Assembly (NCBI GenBank): GCA_002633005.1
Contig: NMRA01000740.1
Location: 1 to 35,975 of the forward strand
Direction: 5' to 3'
Origin: Phoronis australis
Taxonomy: Eukaryota; Animalia; Phoronida
DNA: 35,975 nt
Under the pieces are notes generated by a model. The model was not told where the DNA came from. It saw nothing but the letters and a program-made list of their open reading frames with translations, and made no database searches. The translations under genes and the position numbers were made by a program. Positions 11,924-22,187 of this stretch are shown here, in pieces (position 1 is the stretch's first letter; each line of letters opens with the position of its first letter).

Positions 11924-12730
11924 CTGGAATAAAACTGCATTTCAGTATCAGCCAACACGAAAACAATGTGATAAGGAATTGTCACATTCTAAGGTACGTT
12001 TTTAACTAAGGTAACCTCATCATTGATTTGCTCCCCAACAAGGCGCCAGTTACATTCACACAGTCACGTTAACACCGACCACGTTCTGTTGTTTCTATCT
12101 TCAATTTTGCGGTTTTTCTGTGATGAAAACTAAAAAAACTGTAATTATTGCGGTGGAGTAGTAAACCGGCGCCCTCTGTCGAAAAACAAAGTCTGTCTTT
12201 GATTCATAGTTAAAACTTTAGCATTTTATTGTTCCTTTATCAGATGAGAACTTATTGGTGGGTTTGAAAAGAAAGTATCAAGTCGTTGGTGTTTCAGATC
12301 AGGAACTTGCATCTGTTTGACACGGTGCCTAATGTTCGTTTGCGAAGCTAATGCGTACGTCAGTGATTTTTTATGAACAATTTCAAAGTAATGATAAGAG
12401 TGTGATGCCCTTGCTTTTGTCAGGTTTAAGCCTTTCTCCGATCGTAGACATAGACAGCAGTAAAAGACATAAATTTTGCATCGATGTATACACATATACC
12501 AATCTTGAAATTATCCGTTTTATTGTAGGCCATGTTTGGTATCGGACAGATGAATAATGGTTTAAACTCCGGTCACAAGATTTTATTTTGCCATTTTAAC
12601 TGTTCGTACGTAATGCATCTGGTCATATTTTTAACAGTATTTTAGGATTTCTTAACCAACAGTAAGCATTTATACCGAGGCATGTTCAGCACAATGTTCC
12701 AACAGCGCAAGACTGCAAACGTTTTCTTAC

Positions 12731-12904
12731 CCGGGCAGTTTTTATGTGTATCACATGTGCGATTTTCTGAACTTTTTCCAATACAAGCGAGGCCTCCAAA
12801 TGCTGTCTCGGGATTGTCGCACTTTCGTTCTCGTGTAGTTACGCCAACGTCACACGTAACTGAGCAAGACCCCCAAGATCTCCAGCTTGACCACATCCCA
12901 TTGA
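12731..12904 (-). CDS. TSP1 exon, array copy 9 (most divergent; first in transcript order)
   Basis: VNGMWSSWRSWGSCSVTCDVGVTTRERKCDNPETAFGGLACIGKSSENRTCDTHKNCP; donor G|gtaaga. Confidence 0.93.
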
Positions 12905-13634
12905 CTGGAACAAAAGTGGTGAGATTTCGATTTCAGTATCAGCCGTCACGAAAACAATGCGATAAGCACTTACCGCGATCTTTTTAATTTGGTTTCAACG
13001 AGTGTAACGTTATCCTTGCCGGGCTTCCTATGATGTCCCCAGACACATTTGCATCAAACTCAATCCAGCTGACACGCTCACGTTACGATGGAGCACGCAT
13101 AACTGTTGTATGCAATTAATTTGTTTGACATGTACGAAAACGAAAGCATCGTAATTGTTATCTCAAGTTCAGCCAATCAGCATAGTTTCCACAGTTATTT
13201 TCCAATGCTGTGATCAACAAGGGAAAACGTTTCTCATACCATTTACAGTCCAAAAGCTAAGAAACAAAAGCACGTAAAGAAAACTAAGAAATTAATTGAA
13301 GCTAAAGCGACGAAGCTGCGGCACAACTACAGGGTGTATTCAAGGAATGTTTCAACTTTCATATTCGCGGATGGATTGTTTCTAAGTTTTCGACAAACTT
13401 TTGATATTTTAAATGGTTTAGTGCTTTAACTTGCATATTTCACAAAATGAAAAATCTAATCAATTTATCAGGCAATAAATCTTCACTGGTTATTCAACAC
13501 TTTCACAGATAGCCTTGTCGCTTGACCAACTTGGGTACCGTATTGGCATACATATGACGTCATATAACAAGTCGGAGCACACGGCAGCAAGTTTGCGGTG
13601 ATGATGCAAATAAGTCCGCATATATGGGATAAAT

Positions 13635-13774
13635 AGGTTATCCCACATACATAGGAATATTACTGCAATATCCTATCTCGACCTTCGGTCTCGTTGCGAC
13701 ATTCCCAGATGAAATGAATTCTCGATATGATATGGCAGCAGTATTCCTATGTACAAATGTATGTGGGATAACCT
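13635..13774. mobile_element. Small MITE-like inverted-repeat element
   Basis: aggttatcccacatacat at 13635 pairs with atgtatgtgggataacct ending at 13774; the inner ataggaata/tattcctat is also complementary. Confidence 0.65.
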
Positions 13775-14579
13775 GTATATATAGGCCTGATAAGAAAATC
13801 CCCGTCTGACGTTTTTGCTTCACAGTGAGCTCACTTATTTGCCACGACAGTATGTACGGATGCACTGGTTTACTGTACCAGTAAACAATTTCAAGGTAAC
13901 GATAACACCACGCTGCTCTTGTTTTTGACGAGCACGTGCGGATGCAGTAAAAGTTGGTCTTTTAACAACGAGACATGGTTTACGGGGGCTTTAATAAATA
14001 TGTGACCTAGTTTAGTTCTTAAAACCACCATTTCCCTTATTTTGACAACTGGTAAAATTGATATTCTCATTAACTGTCCTTTATGGCACTGCACATCACA
14101 ATGATAGTCCAAAAACGAGAAATAAGAAGAAAGGTGACTTCAAATTGAAAGTTTCTTCGCTCTGTGGACATGAGTGTGACGTATGTATGACCCAGCTTGT
14201 ATGAGGACGCGCTTGACGGTTCTTGCGTTGAAAACCTCATAAAAACTCTTAATTTTGCGATAACCAGTTCCCCTTCTAAGCCCAGAAACAGTGTAAATAT
14301 TGTTTCCACGAAATCACTTGCGTATGACTAGCATTTCAGATGCTTCAAGAAAGACATAGATCTGTTCAACTGCATCAAAAGTAGGTGACACGTCTGACCC
14401 CTGGCCTTGACGTAAGGTAGAAAATCTCATAAAATTGAAACTCCGGATCTCAGAGCAATATAAAATTCCTTTTGAATACTATTGGTAATTGCAGAAGCCA
14501 TTAGATAATAATTCACGTGTACACAAAGAAAAACGTCGAAAGCTACTTGCAAAAGGCGGTGAAAAAAACAAATAAAAGT

Positions 14580-14846
14580 CTACCTGTCAACGCGCACATC
14601 GGGGCTTACTTTCATGAAATTGAATGTAACTTTCTTAACCTCTCCACATTTTCTAGAGTACTTACACATTGGACAATCCCAGGCTGAAGTGGGTAAGCGT
14701 AGAAGTATCGATTTCCACGCTTTTGTTCCGCATGCGAATTTGTACAGCAAACTTGTGGCATGTCCGCACTGTTCGGATGTACCGCGGCAGAGTAAAAACG
14801 CGTTCAGGCGTACGTTCGGTTTGGTTTGACTTTTTTGAAAGCTCAT
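14580..14846 (-). pseudogene. Decayed SWIM-zinc-finger-like transposon protein fragment
   Basis: LNAFLLCRGTSEQCGHATSLLYKFA resembles the CxCxAG...CxH..LL(Y/F) SWIM motif, followed by PTSAW. Possibly enclosed by degenerate inverted ends (ta-cagggtg at 13330; aaacttttgatattttaaatgg near 13400 versus ccatttaaaaactttcaaaatgtt near 15155). Confidence 0.4.
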
Positions 14847-14892
14847 TTTTCGAATATCCGCCCAATGAGTCTATATCGGACCTTTCGGTAAC

Positions 14893-14946
14893 AGTTGTTG
14901 CACTGTATTTTACATGCCAAGTTGTTGCACTGTATTTTACATGCCA
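14893..14946. repeat. Perfect 27-bp tandem duplication
   Basis: agttgttgcactgtattttacatgcca x2. Confidence 0.9.
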
Positions 14947-15229
14947 AGAATTGTACGATGACACTTGGCTTCTACCTCAAAAATTCCAATTAGTAATTGA
15001 CCAAAATATGTTGCACACACAGCAAAATTAATGAGAAACACATTATTGCAATATTAAACAAAGTTTTTTTGGTAAAAGTCAAATTCTTTGTCCAATTTTC
15101 AAAATTCAAAAACCTTATCATTTGTTCTTTTCACGACCTATTTAAATATGCCATTTAAAAACTTTCAAAATGTTATGGGAACTATTTGATCCTTCACTTA
15201 GGGAAAGTCTTTTTCTATACAATTTCCCG

Positions 15230-16450
15230 ACGCGATATCAAAAACCAAATGTGGAAACATTTCACAGCTCCGGCTTCCCTGAATGGGGTCCAGGAGTAAC
15301 ACGCTTTTCCGGTAAGTCAGCAATCTTCCAACACTCAGTTTTGTCATGCAGTTTCCAACACGCCATGCAGTAATGAATCACCGAAATGGAGACCAAAGTC
15401 TCTTTGATACGATGACCCAATCAAGGCTGGACACAGGATTTTGAGCAATTACGAACACCCAATCTGGCCACATGAGCTAAGCTTGGGGGAATAACCAGGT
15501 TACGAAGTTCTGTAGGTGGAGCATTCAGATTCAGCGTAGCCCCTACTGTGACGATATCACTTTCACCTAGATAAGGAGACACGAGACCTGGATGTAAGAA
15601 TAGGCACTGCATCTTGTAGGTAATGGGTCTGTTTGGAGAATATAGATTCCTGGTAACATCTGATCAGAGCAGTCTCTGTGTCCTTTCTAAGGTCCAACAA
15701 CTGTGGGTTCTTTTGCTTAACTTGCCCTGTCTTTCTCTTCAGGATGGTACTAGGAGAAACCAGGATCGGCTTCCAAGTTGAAAACTTTTCCTGGTCTAGG
15801 TCAGTCAGTTGATAAGTTTAGACATTGAGGAACACAGGTTGTTGCTAGCCCTACAATCCAACACTCGAGCATACGCTCGTTCGAGGAAAGTCCACGGCAA
15901 TTATGTAACTAGTGTGAGGGGTTTGAAATGCGTAGAGACCCTTCCAACATCGTTAGCTACTTTGTTATAGAATTGTACGGATTGGTTGTTCAAGTTACGA
16001 CAATCAGTGTAGCAACAAATATTGGTGAAGTTCACTCCGAGATTCAAACATACATGTACAATATCAGCCATTTCCACGGCAAGCAATGCGGCGCGTAATG
16101 GTGGATAAATGGTTCACTTTTCCACGAGTTCTGAGGTAAGGCTCAGCCGCAACTGCTCACTCGTATGCATAAAATGTGGTGTCGACAACCCCCATGATTC
16201 CCAACGACCAATGTAGGATGCATTCACCTACCCGTCACAATCATACTTAGAGAGTGCCATTCTTCTCAGAATCACAAAAGGTCTCATGAGCTCCAACACA
16301 TAAATGTAATGCAACATAGATTGGAAACCTCATCTGATGGAGGGTCGCTCTGGAAAGTTCCTGTCAAAGACAAAACCACCTTTTGGCTGGTTCCAAGACT
16401 TCTCGCTGTTCTGGTGGCAAGCTAGAGAATTCTTTATCTGTAGAGTTTCA
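15230..16450 (-). mobile_element. Decayed BEL/Pao LTR-retrotransposon pol relic (RNase H to integrase zinc finger); boundaries approximate
   Basis: Collinear degenerate motifs: HILC..SE..AAEPYLR (cf. HxFxDASExAxAAVAYLR), LAVEMADIV...YTD...N.S.QFYNKVAN, SPYLGESDIVTVG...VIP...HVARL, and IADLPEKRVTPGP. Many stops and frameshifts. Confidence 0.75.
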
Positions 16451-16713
16451 AGTTAAACATAGCTATGGTTTGGAGATTGTACTGCAGTTACAGGAACCGG
16501 ACTTTGGGGTTTGCAGAAACCGTGCCTAATTTGCACGAAATACTCGAGAATCCGCCTTTTCCTACTTCTACTCTGACAGGATCCGAGTCGAGCGTTCTGT
16601 CTCTTTGGCACCAGTGTCGAGATTTAAAGGCCAAAAAGGTTTCCAAAACCACTTATGCGATTTGACCCATCTGTATGACTTGAGGCCAACACTAGACGAC
16701 CGTATTTGTGGAG

Positions 16714-16735
16714 TAATAATAATAATAATAATAAT

Positions 16736-16778
<43 letters not shown>

Positions 16779-16972
16779 GGCGCAGGCCACGCATGTAGGC
16801 CCATTGCACTGATCACCTGGAACCATTCTTGTGCTTTATTAATATATACTTAAAACCGAGCTGAGGAGCTACATGTAGAAACCTGACTCAAGGGTCTTGC
16901 AGTGTGGCCCGGGACTCGTACCCACGACCTCGAGTAAAGAAGGCGAGCACCATCACACTAGGCCACACTGCC
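16714..16972 (-). mobile_element. tRNA-derived SINE with a (TA)n(TTA)n tail
   Basis: Minus strand reads ggcagtgTGGCCTAGTGtgatgg (A box) ... GGTACGAGTCC (B-box-like) ... cccttgagtcagg, and ends in the microsatellite tail at 16714-16775. Confidence 0.75.
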
Positions 16973-18390
16973 TTTTCTCCTCTGTGGAGTAGTAAGCATT
17001 ACGTCTTGTGCATCGTGTTAAGTAGCGTTTTACATGAGGCAACTCCTACATGTATGCTAACATTTGGGGTTTAGTTAACCCAAGCCTAAGTGCACTTAAG
17101 CCAGATTGACTAACCCTTCCTAATCAATTCACAAACCTCGCTGCTGAAGAGACCCCAATTTGCTAATTTTTCTTATAATTCTTCGATTTTATAAATTCGA
17201 AGACGGACATAATATACTTTTAAAATTTTTTGGTCACTCCCCTTCCTTATTGTTCATTTTTACATTGAAACTTGTATGTTAAACAGGCCGGGGGTGTTGG
17301 TTTACGACCGCAATTATCTCAATCAATATACCCTCGGCCAAGCCCATGAATAGCAACTACTTCAATCCAATCTGTGACGGCGCCACCAAACCTTTGATGT
17401 GACGAGACATTTGCTGCATTTAACCGAAAAATCTCGCCAGATCCAGCGTGAAACACGGATCAAAACATGAAGGCAATTGCTGTGGCAACTGGCAGCGCGC
17501 TGAATACATTCGCTTGGCAGCAAACTGAAATCCACCTGATGGCCGTTAAAACATACATACACGCACACTGATTTTATAACAAAACAATGTTTCAAACTCA
17601 AAGCAATGCATTCTCACTCCCTGTGCTCAATGTTGCGCGGTCACCGGAGCAACAGGGTTGCCAGGAATCAGTTCGCCGCGAAATGGCACTTACTAAAATG
17701 ATTTTAAATTTCAATTATTTGACAACACATAGTAACGTGAAAAAGTTTACATTCAATATTTTTCGTTCTCTAAGAAGCAACTTTGCAAAAAGTTGACGCT
17801 TAACGGGGAAAAGTGCAGAGAAATATAGTATCATACATGTAGCTGAATGCCTGCCATGGGAAATTATTCTAGTGTCAGGATCACTAAGCTATTTACCCAC
17901 ATCACAAGTATATTTTCTGTATCGTGAAAGTGACTTATGACTGAATTTGGTATTGAACTCACACTTCGCAACTGCTGAAAAGGGATTTAGTAATAAAGTA
18001 TTTTTGAGCGAAACCACAAGCTAGAAATGATTTATAGAAATTATACCAGTAACCATCAGTCATTTTTTCTCATTTTCTCTTTGACATCTGCACAGGTGAG
18101 ATTTAATTATTTTCCAGAAAGTGTTACGTGGAGTATCAAACCAGTCTGATGACACGATGTAGGTGTTAAATCGCTTTTTATGAAACAGACAACTGGACTG
18201 AGCTCCATGAAACGTAGTCAATTTTTTAATTCAGAATTTTGAGCTTGGCAACGACTCAAATAGAAACCAGAACTACTTGGTTGAGATATTCTTGTTGCTT
18301 GCTTCTAACATAACTTTGCCATCAAAACTTTGTTTAGAAAACGTCAAGTTTTGTTCCCTGAAATTTGTTCATATAGTTACATTCTACAAT

Positions 18391-21254
18391 GGGGCTATTC
18401 GGAGAATTCTCCTCGCGGTGTCGCTGCTGTACTAATGGTGATTGAATTGCGCATGCGTCGCTGTCTGCATGTAAACAGCTGGTAAAAAGACGGATTGTTA
18501 TCGAAATACGTCGTTGCGCAAAACCTTATTATTGCTATTTGCTCTGGTGCAAGTCTTCGACAGGTGGTCACAAATTACCAAAAGACCTAAGGTTACTACA
18601 TTCGTGGAGTATTGCGGTCAAAAGGGTCAACCAACTGACAAAAGGTGTGTGGATACCGAAGACCCTTTGGGAGACTACATAACTTGGTAAGTTTTCAGCA
18701 ATCAAGTTTCTATCGACATCGTTCGGTGATGTTATCCCCACCAGTTAACCCTCTGAATAACGGGTTTATTAAATGGAACTAAGTGTTTCTTTTAGGAAAC
18801 TCACCCAGGACTCGGATGCCGGGTAGGCTAGCAGCACATATTCACATATTGTCCTCCAGTGGTGGGAATGCGCCCAATATAAGAGGTGTATGGTACTGTA
18901 CGTGACGCACAGCAGGTTCTCTTCAAAGCTATGCTATGTCCAATAAAATTCTTCAGACGAGTGACTTTCTTTATTTTATGGCGGACTTCACCCACAGGAC
19001 TACCAGATTAGTTACTGAATTAACCGATGAATAAGCTATTCAGTAAACGTCATAACTTTGTATTAGAATAAAAATTAACACCTAGAATGAATTTCACTTG
19101 TTGAGGTCAGATACACATTTTAGGTGTCGTGAAAAATACACATTATTAAATCACTTTCAGCCTGTTTCACATAGTTTAATTCAGATCTTAAATAAGACTT
19201 GAGTACAAAGATTATTAGTTTCTACATATGAACATGAAGATGAAACGTCAAATATGTTCTGCCTTACTAAAGTAGTTTTGTCTTGTGTTTTCTGTTATAA
19301 TTTGTTAATATTACTCCCGCTATTCTGCTACAGGTGAGAGAAAACGACTGAAACCAGCCGCCTGACCGTCTATTTTACCTTTGGACAAAGTGAAAAGCAA
19401 TCCTTCAGCATTAACCTGAGAGAATCGAACAAAATTCAGAAATTCAGCCCTTGGTATGCCTGATTTTGGACTCCATTGCTAGGGAAACTAACAATTGTTT
19501 TTAAAAATGTTGTTTCTTTATATACTTTTCTTGCATGTGGAACTTTTGTTGTGGACAAGTTAAAACAAAACTTAAAATTGTTCAAAGGCCTTCTTAAGAA
19601 AGCTCTAAAAATAATTACACACACAAACAACTCAAATGCAAACAAAGGGAATACTTCATCTTTTGATCGCTGCACATTTCTAGAGGTCAACACTGAGGAA
19701 AACGACAATTCGCAAGCGTAATCGCTAATCATTTCAGCTTTACAAAAAGAATGAGCACAACTGCACTGTGTGGGGCTTTAAAAATGAGGAAATATTGTGG
19801 TTTGAATAATTAGCGACAATCTTGCCTGTTGATGACAATTTTAATCATCATCAAAGTGTAACATTAACGGGCTTTCTACTGACAATCAGACAATCGATGC
19901 AGTCACTGAATGTCATTTCCCCATAATGTGTACCAAATTGAAAAGTTTTTACCATTAGCATAAAGCCTTTCTTCTGAAAGGAAACGTTAATGTCACTCAG
20001 TGAGAAGGGACAGGTATTTATACCAGATGCGTTTGGTTTTCATTTCACAGAGATCTAGTTTCAGTAGCCTATAGAAGCACTTGTAAAAAAGGTCCACGTG
20101 GCTTTCCTCCAGGTAACCTCATTCACCCTCAATTAGATCCTTGAAGGTAAACACAACAGCATATCACTGACTCGTTTTGTGCCCAAAATCTGACCCTGAA
20201 CTAGACCAGAGTGTCACTACGTCTTTTTTAGCTTCAAGCCAGCATGTTTCTTCCAGGAAAGGAAATAAGCTATTGTCCACACATGACTTATTGCCTATGA
20301 AAGGCCATCCTCACCAACGAGGCTGACTTGTGTAGCAGTCAGATATAGTTCCTCATCATGTACAAACAACACGTTGTCTTATGGTAACTTCGTACTGCGA
20401 TTCACATTTCACCAGGGCCATTGACATCTACATTGTGCCATTCAGCACTAATGATGTGTGGAAATGCTGTGGGCCGGAGTAACAAAACTTGTTCGTTGTC
20501 TCCGATGAAGAAAATAGGCTTTAACAACAGATCTACACTGGATAGGAAGATCTTGCTGGTTAGCTGCAGTCAACTGCTTAAAACCAATTTTTGTCCATTC
20601 AGGGTCTATGCAGAAGCGATGCATATCTCCTCTACACGGTACAAGCCCTCAAACCTAAAAACCAAAGGTCACGTGAAAACAGACATGATAGATTTTCATT
20701 TCAACGTGTTATAAATTTCCGGAAGACACAGGATAGGGAGTAAACAAATAGTCTAATGTATATTTACGTATCCTTTGCTATGGCATTGGGCTTGGATTGT
20801 AATCCCACTAACCAATATCAAGTTAAACATTCAGCACTCATTGATGTAACTGTCACTGATAAACCTGTTAGAAATCATTCCAAACAATAATACTGCTTTG
20901 ATGTACAAAAACGTCCCGAGTGCTACGTCAAGTATCGTAACACGCATCACATCAAACAAAGATTAACCCGACTGGCGACTGCCGTGAAGTCGACATCGGC
21001 GAGTATCTCAGGTAACAGGCATCAGTAGAATAAACATGGAATAATTGTTAAAATAATCACAAACCTTACCTTTGTGTAAGGTCGTGCTTAATTTCTCTCA
21101 TAGAAGCATCTTTTTCACGCAATCTCAAATTCAGTTGGCACGCCTACAAGCCATTTCACCGTGTATTTAAAGGGCTCGCGAAATCGAGGCTGTTAATCTA
21201 TCACCACTAGTACACGCGCGCCCTCTAGTTAATGTAATTTTTCCGAATAGCCCC
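18391..21254 (+). mobile_element. Decayed THAP-encoding TIR transposon, ISL2EU/Harbinger-like
   Basis: TIRs ggggctattcgga (18391) and tccgaatagcccc (ending 21254), flanked by at and ac. A split THAP relic is present: PYYCYLLWCKSSTGGHKLPKDLRLLHSWSIAVKRVNQLTKGVWIPKT (18524 to a donor at 18686) and GERKRLKPAA*PSI after the acceptor at 19334. Confidence 0.65.
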
Positions 21255-21614
21255 ACGTACAACTGGTGCCAAATACCAATGCTCTCTCCAATTTAAAGAT
21301 TTGGTTTCCCTAGGTAGACTTGACTCCGACTCAAAATTTAACAAATCGTAGCAAATCAGGAACCTCAAACTGTGCTTAATAGACTCGACACGTTTGCTTG
21401 CTTAAAAAGCTGTTCAAAAAAATTATCATTTCACCTGCATATAGTAGTGCACTTTGAATTCACTCAAAACTGCAATTACTGGCAACAATTCGAGGTAGTT
21501 GGCGGTGAAGGTTTTCTTATTCACTATTAAACCTTTACGGTTTTCCATTCTTAGAATGTTAACGGTTTTAAAGGCATTCACTTCCTCGAACATGGCATCT
21601 TTACAAGATTTCAC

Positions 21615-21785
21615 CTGGACACGCCGTTAACTGACATTGCATGTCCTCGGCGCTGTTGCCTGAACAAGTCCGACCGCCGTTAGACGGCGGCGGGTTGTTG
21701 CATCGGCGACTGCGAGTCGTGATTCCATTTCCGCACGTAACGTCACAGCTGCTCCACTGAGACCACTGCGACCAGACACCATTCA
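21615..21785 (-). CDS. Unique TSP1 exon (171 nt, phase 1-1)
   Basis: cattttcag|TG AAT ... TGT CCA G|gtgaaa; [57 protein letters not shown]. Confidence 0.93.
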
Positions 21786-22025
21786 CTGAAAATGAATGAC
21801 GTACTTTTACATGGAATCCGGAAACCAAATGAAGACAAATTTTGACGGAACCAGTTAACAGTGTAATAAATTTCCAAAAATGGCACTTCACAGGTCAGAA
21901 ATACAGTATGTCAATGCTTTGAGGAAAATCATTTGGCTTGAACGTTTTCCTTGTTGCAATCATTTCTTGATCAAGATAATACAAACAAAATTTCAAAAAC
22001 TACTAGAAGTAACAAATTTCCCAAC

Positions 22026-22187
22026 CTTGCGGTAGAAAGCAGCTAATAGCGGTGTTACAAAATCCGAAAGATATGCCTATACCACCGCATGGCTCTTTGG
22101 TGCAGTTACGTTCTTTATATCGGTCACCAATTCCACAAGTGACGCTGCATGCCGTCCATGCACCCCATGATGTCCATCCGCCATCCA
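22026..22187 (-). CDS. Unique short TSP1 exon (162 nt, phase 1-1)
   Basis: tcttgttag|TG GAT ... CAA G|gttggg; VDGGWTSWGAWTACSVTCGIGDRYKERNCTKEPCGGIGISFGFCNTAISCFLPQ. Confidence 0.88.

Larger units (their letters stand above)
1..13160 (-). repeat. Tandem array of ~1.11-kb exon+intron units, each containing one TSP1 exon; continues beyond the window start
   Basis: Position 1 (agtcacgttaacaccgaacac) recurs at 1113. Exon spacings are 1112, 1114, 1117, 3060 (1115 after removing the Kolobok insertion and its TSD), 1109, 2300 (includes a ~1.2-kb insertion), 1137 and 981. Introns are alignable throughout; recognisable homology fades near 13160. Confidence 0.97.

Noticed and set aside
280-12495. Recurring intronic ORFs (…CCLSLRSE.WLSV.KARA…) as a second hidden exon per unit
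   Set aside because: Indels and variable ends between units, no consistent splice sites, and no recognisable domain.
751-12896. Treating the ~88-aa minus-strand ORFs as a cluster of stand-alone small genes
   Set aside because: TSP1 similarity starts and stops exactly at AG/GT splice sites; there are no signal peptides and the flanking residues are intronic read-through.
857-12987. Repeated plus-strand ORFs MRPPKAGMG...
   Set aside because: Antisense shadows of the TSP1 exons; non-ATG starts, variable lengths and no domain signature.
1-13160. CRISPR array or other prokaryotic repeat system
   Set aside because: Units are about 1.1 kb with no unique spacers, and the DNA is eukaryotic with spliceosomal introns.
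16568-16853. ORFs with IYIYI/IIII runs (and ERERE/SLSLS ORFs near 30.2 kb)
   Set aside because: Microsatellite translation artefacts.
16900-16972. tRNA gene
   Set aside because: A/B boxes are present but there is no convincing cloverleaf, and it continues into a SINE body and simple-repeat tail.
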